64,000 bases of DNA, from NCBI GenBank assembly GCA_050273025.1, contig CP158635.1, forward strand, positions 29,946,001 to 30,010,000, in the 5' to 3' direction. The notes under the pieces were generated by a model that was not told where the DNA came from, did not search any database, and was given only the letters and a program-made list of their open reading frames with translations. The translations under genes and the position numbers were made by a program. Shown here one piece after another: positions 27,732 to 40,425 of the stretch. Each line of letters starts with the position of its first letter. Within the stretch, counting starts at the first letter, position 1. The stretch comes from Cenococcum geophilum (lineage: Eukaryota).

Positions 27732-29872
27732 TCATTGACCCGAGGTACGAGTGGTCTATACTTTCAGGTTTAGGTATTTAAATTTTCAAACCCCCGCCAA
27801 GCCAGCTTTTAATTAGTTAGAAAAACCCACCAAGCTAGCTTCTGGTTAACGTAGTTGACCAGGAAGCGAGCCACCCCACGTAGCGAGCCACACCAGAATA
27901 TTCCTACCATTTTTAATTTTATAGCAAATTACACCAAAATCAAAAAGCCTCAGCATATTACAAGATGCCAAATTAATCTTTGCCCTCTCGCGAAGCCGAG
28001 ACTACCATACAAAATATTATACAAGATCTTTCTTCTGGTGTTGAGCCGTCGATTCGCAAGGCCTCTAGCACCCACAGAGCACCCAGATCTACCGTTGGAC
28101 ATCGTCCTGCTAGCCGTCTCCCACGACACAAAGCTTACCTAGGTTTATTGCATCCTTTATAAGAACAGTAAATTATTAAATAGATCCATAAATGTTAATC
28201 CTAGGGCCTTTTGTTAAAGGTTAATATACTCTTAAAAATGGCTTATTCCTATTTAGGAAAAGGCTATACTATAGACAAGCATTGGGGGCAAAGATTCGTT
28301 CAACGCCACGGTCTCAGTACTATATTAAGTCGTCAGCTCGACTGCTAGAGAGCTTAGAATAACAATCCAGTAGTTATACGTAATTGGTTTACTTTCTTCT
28401 GTGCCGTTTGTAAGCGATATTAAGTTAAGTATTTAAATTTTATTAGCAACTTTAACGAGAAGGGGGTAATGCTAGGCCTTATAGCAGTAGCCTAGGTAAT
28501 TATATTGGGTAAGATATATAGGGAGAGGTTAAAAATTTTAACAGTTATATAGCTAGGCTCTTGTAAGTCGGTATATATTATTAAGACGATTTATACTAAC
28601 GGCTCTTTACTACCTACCTTCTTAATTTAGAAGGCGCAAACCTATCTAGAAGAATAGTATTAAATCAGTAAGTAAAATGAGGGCCTTTGTGGATATATAT
28701 ACGCCACCTCCTTTAGTAGGTAGATAGAGAGCTCTTCAAGCCTATATTATATTAAACATTATAATAAGCATATAAGATACCCTATAGAAGATTCCGACGG
28801 TAGAATACAGTAATATCGCCTACTTTTAATGGATAACTATTTAAGCCACCTTACCTAGCAATTTGTTTAGTATATACTTGCGCGCAAGATCGTCCTAGTG
28901 GCCCTACTACCTTATTTAACTTATAGGCTTTAACCACTAGATATAGGTTATTTTGGGCTACTCTCTTACTACTACAGGAAGCAAGTAGATGGCTTCTATT
29001 AATATAGCCACTTAGGCGTTAATAAGGAATATTTTTTAAAGCTCTACTTGAGGGCGCATATAGGCATTTACTCCTAATACAATTTACAGCGCCTAGAAAG
29101 CTATAGGCCTTCTACTCTATAATCCTACTGCTGTTTTAAAAACTCTTATATAAGAGAGGTAAGCCTAATTCTAATTATACTCACTAGGGCTTAGAATGGC
29201 TCTACTTAATATAGCAACATTAAGCTCTAGTAGAGTTGTTAGTGTCTTTAGAGTGCGTAAACCAGTAGGTATATTTAATTCTCTATATCCTGGCTTGTAG
29301 AAGGCTCTATATAGGTATTAGGTGCAATTCGCAGCCTATAAATAAGTAGATTAACGGGTCGTTGATCCGGAAAGGGACGTCGTAGGAATGTAGTAGTCGC
29401 CCGTGCAATTGGTCGGCGCGCGAGTCTATATCACCACCATAACGTAGTTAAATTAATTCAAGCAATATTATAATCCAAATAGTAATATAAAAGCTTTAAT
29501 TTGGCCTATTTGAAATATATATAAGCTCGTTGTTGATTTTATTATAAATTGATCAAATATCACCTGTATGTGGCTCGCTACGTAGGGTGGCTCGCTTCCC
29601 GGTCAGCTACGTTAGTTAAAAAAAAGTTACGTGTAGTAAGTTATGGCAGAATCCACGTAATAAGCATTAAAATATTATAAATATCAAAATGTTCTACCTG
29701 GGTAGTATTACGCCTTCCTTTTTGTTAATACCTCTATTAATACCACTATATATATTATAAATATAACAAATCCTACTATAATTAAGTGTAGCAAGTGCTA
29801 TATCTATAAGCCCCGCCTTAACTTTGTTAAAGACGGCCCTTTAAAAAAGATTTGAAAGTTATACTAGTTATA
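27732..29872 (+). mobile_element. 5' end of a putative autonomous Helitron2/FoHeli-like element, interrupted by Fot1 and cut by Gypsy-B
   Basis: Starts TCATTGACCCGAGGTACGAGTGGTCTAT like 36183. Homology resumes after the Fot1 (ggcagaatccacgt). ORF start near 29689 with a CSKC..(C)xx(C) zinc-finger-like remnant. Confidence 0.55.
27849..29612 (+). mobile_element. Fot1/pogo (Tc1-mariner superfamily) transposon with pseudogenised DDE transposase
   Basis: TIRs acgtag(t/c)tgacc(a/g)ggaagcgagccaccc with TA TSD. HTH start at ~27966. De-RIPed NFDEKGVMLG, LLLMDNH.SH and PPHSTHRLQPLDVG motifs. Confidence 0.93.
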
Positions 29873-32800
29873 TATAAGGGATATTATTACGGACACCTCG
29901 GGTTGCCCTTAGGACAACCCCTAAACGCTCCTTAGATAGTTGCCGGTTACGTACTAGAGGTATATACCCGTAGTATATAGTCTCTACAATCCCAAAGGCC
30001 TTACCTCCTTAAGGATTTATCTCTCTTACTAATCTATCCTATTCTATAATCGTGTCCTTATAGCCCCTTGTCTACAAAGTCCCCTTATATTTAAATCCTT
30101 CCTACTCTATTTAAAAGGGCAGCTAGCTTAAGGACCAGATTATTTATTTATATCTTTTATTTATAACTACTATCCTCCTTTAAAATCTCGCGATAATCTA
30201 AATAAAAACTCTACGGATACTTTATAAAAAGCCGTCGCGCTAAGGCAGAAAGGTCCCTTTAATAGCGAGATATTATAATAATATAAACCTCTAGGTAAGA
30301 CGGCTAAATAAGCCCTAATACCTAGATGCGCTAGGAGCTTAAAAACTCTCGTATACCTATAGTTACCGCTAAGGAAAACGTAGATACCCTCTATAACAGT
30401 TAAAACGCTACTAGAAAGTAACTAAAACCCCTTTAGCCCTACCTAGGCTAATTAAAAGATTAAGCGCTAGAGGTAACTCTAAAATCTTCCTTTAAGCTAA
30501 AAATGCTAAAGGAATATACTAACGCGTCTAACTAGGGACCTAACTAAAACCCTCCCGGAAAACCGCCGGCCTATAATTAGTATAGTAGTAGTATATAGAC
30601 TGCTTACGAGCTAAGCGGGCCTACTCCTTTAGAAAACTAAATCTAAATACTAACTTAAGACCTAAGGCTTATTAGGAAACCCGCACTAGCTACTATTGCT
30701 AATACTACCTCTATAGTAGGAGCTTCCCTAAGCCTAAGTTTAGAAGGTTAAGAGCCCCATATTAATCTCCTTTAAGATAGATATTAGGAAGCTATTATAA
30801 GGCTCTTAAAAGCTACACGGGAGAAAGCTACTAATAAATATATTAGAACCCTTTAAGGGCAAATCTATATCTAGTAGGGTTTAATCTAAACTAGGTAAAA
30901 AAATTTATAACCTAGTTAAGGTTAAGAGCTTTTTAAGGGTTACTTAGTACCTACCTAAGGAGGTATAAAAGACTTAAAGAGGCACATATAATAAACGGGA
31001 AAAGGATATAGACTAACTAGCTAAGGCCTTTAGTAGTTTAAAACTCCGTTATAGACCTAACGCCCAGTATTTAAACGATTAGGTTTATAAGGTAGACAGC
31101 TTCTTTAAGATACTAATAATATAAAATAATACCAGAGAGCGTATATGCTGGATTATTAGTAAGATTAAAGACTAATTACTAAACTAGATTGCGCTTAATT
31201 AACTTAATAAAGAGTAAATTACTATATAGTTATAGTTGTAGACCTTCCTAAAGGGTTGGACCTAAGATCTGTATATTATATAATATAATAATATAAAATA
31301 ATTCTAGAATAGTACGCAGCTAAACTATTAAAATTTCTACCAGTTTATAAACTTTATAAAAACTCGTGCTTAATAGATAGATCTAAAGCCCTTTAAAAAT
31401 AAGGACGGTAGCGTCTATAAAAAGGAGAAGATTGGATTTATCTAGGCTAGAATTAAGCTAGTAATTTATAACGAAATAAAGCGTATAGGAGCCCTACCGC
31501 GGATTACTATATATATAGATTTTAAATAAGCGGTTCTAAACGCTAAGGACATAGTAAGGAACTAAACCTCTTCTAGTAGGAAGCTAGGGCGTAACTAAAA
31601 GTATAGGTATTTTAGTAGTAATATAGGGCAGACCCAAGCTTTAAAAAAGCCGTTCTTAATAAGAACTTTAAAAGGGTTAAAGTTAGGAGCCTTAAGTAAT
31701 AGGAAAGACTCCTAAGGCCAATCTAATACCCATCCGATACCCTTATAGGAATACTCTAAAAAGCTAAAAGGAAATTTCCCTAAAGGTAAATCTTATTAAA
31801 AGAATAAGTTGGGTAATAATTATACTAATAATTTAAAAAAAAATGCTCTAGTTACGGACGTCTTCTAGCTATAACTAGGGCAAGATATAGAAGGGAAGAC
31901 CCTCTATATTACTGTTAAGCTAGAAATAATACTCCCTATAGGTAAAACGCGTTAGTTCTAAGCACTATATAATAGCGGCGCTAAAATTAATCTTATATAA
32001 TATAATTTAGTAAAGAAGCATAAACTTATTCTATTACTAAGGTAGCGGAAACCTATTATAGGCTTTCTAGATAAGTATTGGATTAAACTATATAGTGCCT
32101 ATAAGTTTATAGTATTAGTGGCCGATATATATAACCGCACTAACGTAATTAGCCCGCAACCCTTCTAGGCGGCTAACTTTATAGGTTATAATCTTATCCT
32201 TAAATACCCTTAGCTTACGGAAGTAGATTTTAAGATACGCTTTAAGATAAGAGCCTTTAAATAGTGGAATAATAAAGAATTAAAAGGGTGTATATTACTA
32301 ATAAACCTAAAGGACATCCTAGAGGATATAGCCCTAGGTAAAATAGTATACGCTTTATACCTAAAGGAGTATTAGATTTAACCCCTATTCTATAATAAGA
32401 TAGGTATAGAGCCTAGTATAGGTAATAACCCTTTTAAAATAGATACCCTATAGGGGACTACTAAATAGGTTGCGGAGATATTATAGGGAGGTAGCGATCT
32501 TAAGGATCTTATAAGATACTTTAACTATTATAGCTTACTCTAGCTTAAGTAATACGTAGAGAGTATATTACAGCACCTTAAACGCTACGTTAAGGATTTC
32601 TATACCCTTTACTGGCTACTATATAAAATGGTTTAATATACGGTAGCAACTATATATAAGCAACTACTATAGCGCGCAACGCTGCCCGTAAGTATTTTAA
32701 GGGAGCTTCTAAATCTATCTAATAATAATATAGAGAATAAACGCGACCCTAATTTGTTAAATATTCTATTAGGCCTAAGGGGCTTATTAAGGATATTTTT

Positions 32801-35800
32801 GGGTAAATAAGCTAAAGTTCTACCGTAGAACTTAGAATAAAATTATATAATTAATCTAGAAGAAGGTAAATAACTACTAAACCTTCCTATTTATACCCTC
32901 TTTTATAAAGAGCTTAAGATCCTATAGGAGTACTTTAATAGCTTATTAGAAAAGGAATAGATCCGGTCTAGTAAGTCGCCAGTAAGCGCGCTAATCCTCT
33001 TTATTCTAAAACTAGATAGAACTATACGGCTATACGTAAACTATTACGGTCTTAATAAGATTATAATTAAGAACCGTTACCCATTACTACTAGTTAGTAA
33101 AATGCTAGATTAACTATTTAGGGCGAAGATTTTTATAAAGCTAAATTTATAAGACGCCTATTATAGGCTCTATATTAAAGAAGGGGATAAGTAAAAAACC
33201 GCTTTTAAGATCTAATATAGCCACTTTAAGTATCTGGTAATGCCTTTTAGGCTAGCTAATACACCTATAATATTCTAATTGTATATTTATAGAGCCTTAG
33301 GGGGATTAGTTAACCGTATATACGTTATCTATTTAGATAATATCCTAATTTACTTAGAAGATAAGGATTAGTATAAGTAATATATCCGCAAAGTACTAGA
33401 ATATTTAAACAATTAGGGCCTCTACGCCAAGGCGTTAAAGTATATCTTTAATATTAAGCAGATTAAGTTCCTAGGTTATATTATAATGCCAATAGGCATA
33501 GTTATAGACCTAGTATAGATATAGATAATCTAAAAGTAGCCAGAGCTAAAGAGCTACTAGGATATTTAAGTATTTCTAGGCTTTGCTAATTTCTATAGGC
33601 GCTTTATTTATAACTACTTAAATATTGCCTAATACTTATTTAACTATATTATAAAAGCTTCCTAAGACCTAGCCTAAGAAGTAAAAAGCTTAAAGGTAGG
33701 AAGGAAGAAAACTAAAAAGGGACTAACTAAATAGTATAAATTATGGTTATGGCCTAGAAAGGTTTAGAAGGCCTTTTAAGAACTGCATATAAAGTTTATA
33801 AAAGCTCTATTACTACGGCATTTTAACCTAAATTAGCCACTAATAATAGTTACTAATATATTAAATTTTGCCCTTATAAGTATCCTACTATAACCTAATA
33901 GGCACCTAAACGCTACCTAGCTTTACTAAAGACTAGTAATATTTTATAATAAAAAATTCTAGGGGCCTAAAGTTAGGTATTATACCTACGATAAGGAACT
34001 ACTAGCTATAGTTAACTGCTTTAAACAGTAGCGACACTGCCTTAAGTACGCGAGCTATACCACTTATATACTCTTAGATTATTATACTTTATAATTATAA
34101 AGAAGCTTAAACCTTAATAGACTAGATAAATAAAGGAGCTTATATAATTTAATTTTAAGATTAAATATAAGCTAGGAGAAAGCAACCCTATTAATAAACC
34201 GTTATAACGGCCAGACTATACTAAAGGCTTTAAAATAGAAGAAGGAAAACAGATAATAGGTATCTTACTCCCTATATTATAGAATAAGCTTTAGGTATAG
34301 AATACTTAAGTGCCTATAGCTCTACGTACTAAGTCTTAGGCAGTATAAGCCCTATTAGTTTTTATTAATATTCTAGCTAGTACCTAGTCTGTTACTAATA
34401 AGGGTCCAAATATACCTAGATAGGAAATCCCTAATATACTCTTAGAACCTAGTAATACATCACCCTTAATTACTAAGCTATCCTCTTAAACTAATAGCAA
34501 AGCTATAGAGCAATTGGAACTTAGAGCCCTATAATAACTAAAGGACTTTAACCTTATAGCGGCCTTCCTAATATATATATATTAAAGAGTTATAAGATCT
34601 ATAGTACTATCTAGTCTTATACTTAGAGCAGTATAGAACAAAATAACTTTTACCTAAAAATTATCTAAAAGGTTAATGGATTTTATCTATAAGGTATAAT
34701 AGAGGGACGCTTTCTATACTATCTTTAATATAGAAGTAAACCGGAAACGTAATAGAAAGGAAGCTACTAGGCGCTATTATTGGGAACTAGACCTAATAGG
34801 CCTACTGTGTAGATTTAGTAAGGTTTAGATACTATAAGAAGTAAATCTATAACAGAAGATTCTTATAAAGAATTATAATAATTCTTTAGGTGGCTACTAT
34901 GGTTAAGCAAAGATAGTAGAATTACTTTAGTGCAAATACTATTGGCTAAAGCTTAATTAGGAAGTAAAGGAGTATATTAGCTATTATAAGAAGTATTAAG
35001 TATATAAGATCCGTAGGTATAAGCTATAGGGTCTACTTAAATCAGTTCCCCCTACTAGTAAGCTATAGTAATATTACGCTATAAACTTTATTATAGATCT
35101 CCTACTATTTAGAGATGGCTAAGGATAAATATATAATTTAGTCCTTATACTTATTAATAGGGTTTTAAAATACGTCTAATACCTTCCTATTAATAAGATA
35201 ATTAATATATAAGCGCTTACTAACTTAATAAAGGAGAAATACTTTCTTAAAGTAGATTAGCTACACTCTATTATTACTAATAGGCGCAGCGTCTTTATAA
35301 GCCAGTACTGGTTAGATCTATACTTTTATTTAAAAATAGACTACTATTATAGTATAGCTTTCTATTTATAAATAGACGGGTAAATAGAACGCTAGAAATA
35401 GAAACTAGAGTCTTACTAGTATAAGCTACTTCCGTATATAGAGTACGCTTATAATTTAAAGTAATACGTATTATATAAGTATACATTAATCCAGATTGCC
35501 TATAGCGTCTAATTATTTAAGTTTAATAGTATACCTAATAATTACTAGTTAAGGCCGTATAAATTTATTAATTTTTTTAATATCCGTTATATTATACTAC
35601 GTACAATACTACGCATGCAGCCTCTAGGCTATAGCGCTATAGTTCTATATATATAAATCCTTCCTAGGCAGCTTACCATGTACTAGTAGCTAAGTGGATA
35701 CTCTAGCCTGTTTTAAACACTATGGGGAGCTCCTAGCCTATTAGTGTTTTGTCCTAATATTTTGCTCACTATGGTCTAGTTTATACTAAGAAAATTGCAC

Positions 35801-36182
35801 TAAGGAAATCCTGGCTCTTTTATCTATTTCTACCGTATTCTGCCGTTCCTAGAGTAGAAAAAGCGCCCTAAAAGATAGATTTAGTAACATTTTTGCATAT
35901 AAAAACAAAGGGCCCTAAATAGTTTGCCAGCTTAAAGACAACTAATAGTTATTTCTATACGACTTTTTTCCTATACCCTATTCCTCCTCCTTACTAAAGA
36001 AATAGGTAAGGAATTAGTAATTAGTAGGTACTCTCCCTAAAAGTAACCTACTAACCCTAGATTTACGTTCTAGAAAACGGGTATTTTATAAGGGCGAACC
36101 TCGCTATATAAACCCACTCCTATAGGAAAATTTTTTGTAAGGTTGTCTATATAGGGTATAAACACCAATTTGCCTATTTACC

Positions 36183-38340
36183 TTATTGACCCGAGGTACG
36201 AGTGGTCTATATTTTCGGGTCCTGGATTTCAAACTTTGCCAAGCCTGCTTTTGATTGGTTTAAAAAATGTAGCGCGCGGTAAGTCGTGGCAGAATCCACG
36301 TGACGAACTTCAAAACACTGAGCTCTACTAAAGCCCTGCAAAAGCTCTACACAAAGCTCCGTGCGAAGCTCTACAAAGCCATACCAAAAGCTCTACTAAA
36401 GGCTTTGCAACACCTCTACCCACCCAGTATACTAGCCACGCAGTGAAATAGAACACGCAGTACGCAGGGCGGTCCAAGGGGGTCTCCCCCTTAAAGCTCT
36501 GCTCAAAGCTCTGCTCAAAGCTCTGCTTAAAGCCCTATGCGGAGCTCCAAAGCTCTACTAACACGCAGCACTAATATACTAGGAAGTCTCTACAAACGTC
36601 TCTACAAACACCTCTATAACGGCTCTACAATTGCCCGTACAAACGGCTCTACAAACGGCTCTACAAACGGCTCTACAAACGTCTACACGATCGCCCGTAC
36701 GAACGCCCATACGATCGATCAATCAAACGCCCATACAATCAATCAGACGCCCGTATAAACGTCTCTACGAGCGTCTATAAACGTCTCTACAAACGTCTCT
36801 ACAAACGTCTCTACAAACGTCTACAATTAACCATACAATCGTCCGTACGAACGTCTGTACGATTATCTCTACAAACGTCTGTACGAACGCCTACACGAAT
36901 GCCTATACAAAGCTCTGCTCGAAGCTATACTCAAAGCTCTATTAAAACTCTACTCAAAGCTCTATCGAAGCTCTCTACTCAAAGCTCTATCAAAGCTCTA
37001 CAAAGGCTCTGCACGAAGCTCCGTACAAAGCTCTACAAAAGCTCTACCAAAAGCTCTACCAAAGCCTCTACTAGAGCTCTGCCCACGCAGTAAATAGAGC
37101 ACGTAGTCCCCAAGGGGGGGGTCCAAGGGGGTCTCCCCCTTGAGCTCAAAGCTTTACTCAAAGCTCTACTCAAAGCTCTACTAACACGCAGCACTGATAT
37201 ACTAGGAAGGCTCTATAACCGTCTATACGAACGGCTCTACAAACGGCTCTACAAACGTCTGCACAATCGCCAGTACAAACGCCCATACAATCAATCAATT
37301 AATCAAACACCAATATAATCGATCAATCAAACGCCTATACGAACGATTAATCAAACGTCCATGCAATTGCCTATACAAACGTCTCTACAAACGTCTCTGC
37401 AGTTAATCGCCCGTGCGAACGCCTGCATATGGCTCTGCACAAGGCTCTGCACGAAGTTCTACCGAAGCTCTACACAGAGCTCTACAAAAGCTCTATAAAA
37501 GCTCTACAAAAGCTCTACCAAACGCTCTACCAAACGCTCTACCAAAGCCTCTGCAAGAGCTCTGCCCACGCAGTAAATAGAGCACGTAGTCCCCAGGGGG
37601 GGGGGGGGTCCAAGGGGGTCTCCCCCTTGAGCTTAAAGCTCTACTAACATACAGCACTAATATACTAGGAAGGCTCTATAATCGTCTACACAAACGGCTC
37701 TATAAACGGCTCTACGAACGTCTACACAATCGCCCGTACGAACGCCCATATAATTAGTCGATTAATCGATTAATTACCTATATAAACGCCTATACAATTA
37801 ATTAATCAATCAACTAAACGCCCGTATGAACGTCTCTACGAACGACTCTACTAATGGCTCTATGCACGGCTTTACGCACGGCTCTATAAACATCCATGCA
37901 ATTAATTAATTAATTAATTGCCCATACAAACGCCCGTACGAGCGATCAACTAAACGCCCATACAATTGCCTATACAGTCGTCTCTACAAATGTCTCTGCA
38001 ATTAATTGCCAGAATAAACGGCTGCACGTCTGCACGTCTGCACGTCTGCACGTGGCTCTGCGCAAGGCTCTGCACGAAGCTCCGCACGAGGCTCTACCAA
38101 AGCTCTACACAAGGCTCTATTAAAGCTCCGCACAAGGCTCCGCCTAAAGCTTACCCCCTACTGCGAAGCACGACGGAGGTATAGGATTTACGAAACAAAT
38201 CCATACCTACTAGTATATGTCAATTAAGCTCTATACAATAAGGCTCTAAATTAAAGCTTTGGGTTAATTAATCGGCTTATTAATCATAAACTCGGGTCAA
38301 AATTTTCGTTGGGGGGTACCAACGATCCGCATGTTATTTT
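36183..38340 (+). mobile_element. Non-autonomous Helitron2/Helentron-like element filled with tandem repeats
   Basis: 5' TTGACCCGAG is inverted at 38291-38300 (CTCGGGTCAA), followed by hairpin CGTTGG-N6-CCAACG (38307-38324) and a terminal ATTTT. No TSD. Shares its 5' end with 27732. Confidence 0.65.
36320..38160. repeat. Strand-biased minisatellite (AAAGCTCTAC, AAACGTCTCTAC and CAAT units) arranged in about three higher-order blocks
   Basis: The block motif cacgcagt.aatag..cacg..gggggtccaagggggtctccccc recurs at ~36437, 37085 and 37567. Confidence 0.9.
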
Positions 38341-38416
38341 ACGTGCTAAAGTAACACAGGCCGACCCCTTTCCCCCTACTATAGCTACCCTAGCGCATCT
38401 GCGGTATTCCTATACG

Positions 38417-38808
38417 GTAGTTATAGTGGTTATAGTGGTTATAGTAGTTGTGGTAGTTATGGTGGTTATAGTGGTTGTCTATATCGCGATGGCCTAATAG
38501 CCTACGGTACGTCTGCGGTATTGGTGGTACTACGGCAACGACAGTACGTCTGCGGTAATGGTAGTAGGTCTGCGATAATAGTGGTAGTAGTTGTCGTCTA
38601 CGTCTGCGGCGCGTCTGCGGTGCGTTTGCGGTGCGTTTACGGTGCGACAGTGCGACAGGTTATAGTGGAGGTCGTTTGCTCTATAGCAGACTGGTTATAG
38701 TAGAGGTCGTCTGCTCTGTGGCAGACTGGTTATAGTAAAGGTCGTCTACTCTATAGCAGACTGATTGTAGTGGAGGTCGTCTGCTCTGTGGTAGACTAAT
38801 TGTAGTGA
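38417..38808. repeat. (GTGGTTATA)n microsatellite at ~38417-38480 and a 35-bp tandem repeat (about 4.3 copies) at 38658-38808
   Basis: The unit ggttatagtggaggtcgtctgctctgtggcagact repeats head to tail with no spacers. Confidence 0.9.
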
Positions 38809-39395
38809 AATTGTTAGTTAGTTGTGGCTAGCGTCGTAATAACGCGTCTTTAGGAGGTATATAATCGGCGACGCCCCTACGACAACGGTGGAGGAGTAAA
38901 GGGAGGCGACGGCAGAGACGAAAGGGAGGCGATAGGCCGTATAATTAGTTATAGGATCCTATTAGGAAGTTTAAGGACATCTACTAGAGAGTATAAGGAT
39001 ACCTTTAGAAATAGAAGAAGTAATAAAAGTATATAAAGCAGAGCCTATAGGATGCCTAAAAGTAGTAAAGACTCTAGTATAACCGTAAATACTAGGATAA
39101 GCATTTTAGACTAGGCGATAAGGTTCTATTACGTTTAATAAATATTAAAACCCGTTAACTATTAAAGAAGCTTAATATAAGATACCTAGGTCCCTTTTAA
39201 GTTAAGGAATAAATTAGTAAGCTAGCCTACTGTCTCTAGCTACCCCTATTTATGGCCTATATATATCTAGTATTTTATATAAACCTACTAGAGTTATAGC
39301 ACAGACTACTATTAAAAAAGAACTTCCGTCTAGGCCTAATTAAATACCCTAAGGTAGTAGGCGAGCGGTATAAGGTTAAAGCTATACTACGCTAT

Positions 39396-39555
39396 CCCTT
39401 AACCCGTTAAGGCCCTTAGCGTAAGTAGTCCGTGCGGAACATTGTTCTTAACAAAGTTAAAGGCTTCGTATTTCTGAGAACGGCTGCTTAATTCAACCGG
39501 TTTAATTGGTGAGCTCTTATCGATACCGTAAGGACCAATTTTGTCGGGTTAAGGG
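39396..39555. mobile_element. 160-bp MITE with CCCTTAACCCG TIRs inserted at an AT site
   Basis: The empty site in Gypsy-B copy 3 reads gctATaagt. Here it reads gctAT-[ccc..ggg]-ATaagt. Confidence 0.85.
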
Positions 39556-39580
39556 ATAAGTTTATTAAGAATAAGCTTTA

Positions 39581-40425
39581 TATAAAGGGATCTTATAGAT
39601 AGGGGGCTATAAGGACACAATTAAAATAGGATAGATTGGTAAGAGAGACGAATCCTTAAAGAGGTAAGGCCTTTAGAATTGTAGAGACTATATACTACGG
39701 GTATATACCTCTAGTACATAACCGGCGACTATCTAAGGGGCGTCTAGGGGTTATCCTAAGGGTAACCTAAGGTGTCCGCAATAATATCCTTTACATTACC
39801 CCTCCCCCCCCCTTCTTATAGTCAGCCCCTAATCGCTATTACCTTATAATAGGAAGATTATAAGGGCTTGTCCCGGAAGGGGTTTGGAGAGATATTAGAG
39901 AGGTGTTAGTATACCGCTATATATTATCTATCTATCTAACCCCTACTTTAAACTCCTAAAAAACCTTAATAAGGAAAAAATATAAGGATTACTAGAAGAC
40001 CCATTAAAAGCCTATTAGAAGTATACTAGTAACTACCTAGGCTAATATAGGGATTTTTATACAACTCTACTTCCAAGCCTTTATACCGGTCTATAATTAA
40101 TTATAAGTATTATAGGTAATTTAGTGTTCTAGTATAGTTCCGTAGAGCCTTTTAGTATAGGATTTAATGTATAAAGCCTTGGCTTACCATTATCTTTAAC
40201 TGCTAAGATATAGTCTATAATCCTTTCTTATAATCCTTTTGTTATAATCCACTATATTACTAACATATTACTCCTGCATTTACCTTTAGGCTATTAGATA
40301 TGGTTAAGATATTAATTAGTTAGTTAAAGAGACTTATCTCTTAAGATTTAGTATATATGGTTTTAAATCTAGTAGTCCTATACTATATATTTGGCGTAGC
40401 TCTACTAATAGAAAAAAGATATAAA
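39581..40425 (-). mobile_element. Gypsy-B copy 2: inverted 3' LTR (39581-39795), PPT and 3' region only
   Basis: Reverse complement of ~47320-48159. Confidence 0.88.

Larger units (their letters stand above)
35563..38933 (-). mobile_element. Non-coding SINE-like retroposon (~1.2 kb once the nested element 36183-38340 is removed)
   Basis: 11-bp TSD AGGCCGTATAA at 35552-35562 and 38934-38944; this sequence is single in the uninterrupted Gypsy copy. A-rich tail on the minus strand. No TIRs or LTRs. Confidence 0.65.
29873..39580 (+). mobile_element. Ty3/Gypsy family B copy 1 (5' LTR 29873-30089, gag-pol to chromodomain), carrying nested insertions at 35563-38933, 39396-39555 and 39581 onward
   Basis: 217-bp LTR matching 47943-48159. 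RT, RNase H and integrase motifs. Sequence on either side of each nested insertion is contiguous in copy 3 (~45000 and ~45455). Confidence 0.88.

Noticed and set aside
36537..38497. Short ORFs listed in the track within the satellite and microsatellite
   Set aside because: Low-complexity translations of tandem repeats.
38658..38808. 35-bp repeats as a CRISPR array
   Set aside because: Head-to-tail with no unique spacers, no cas genes, and a eukaryotic context.
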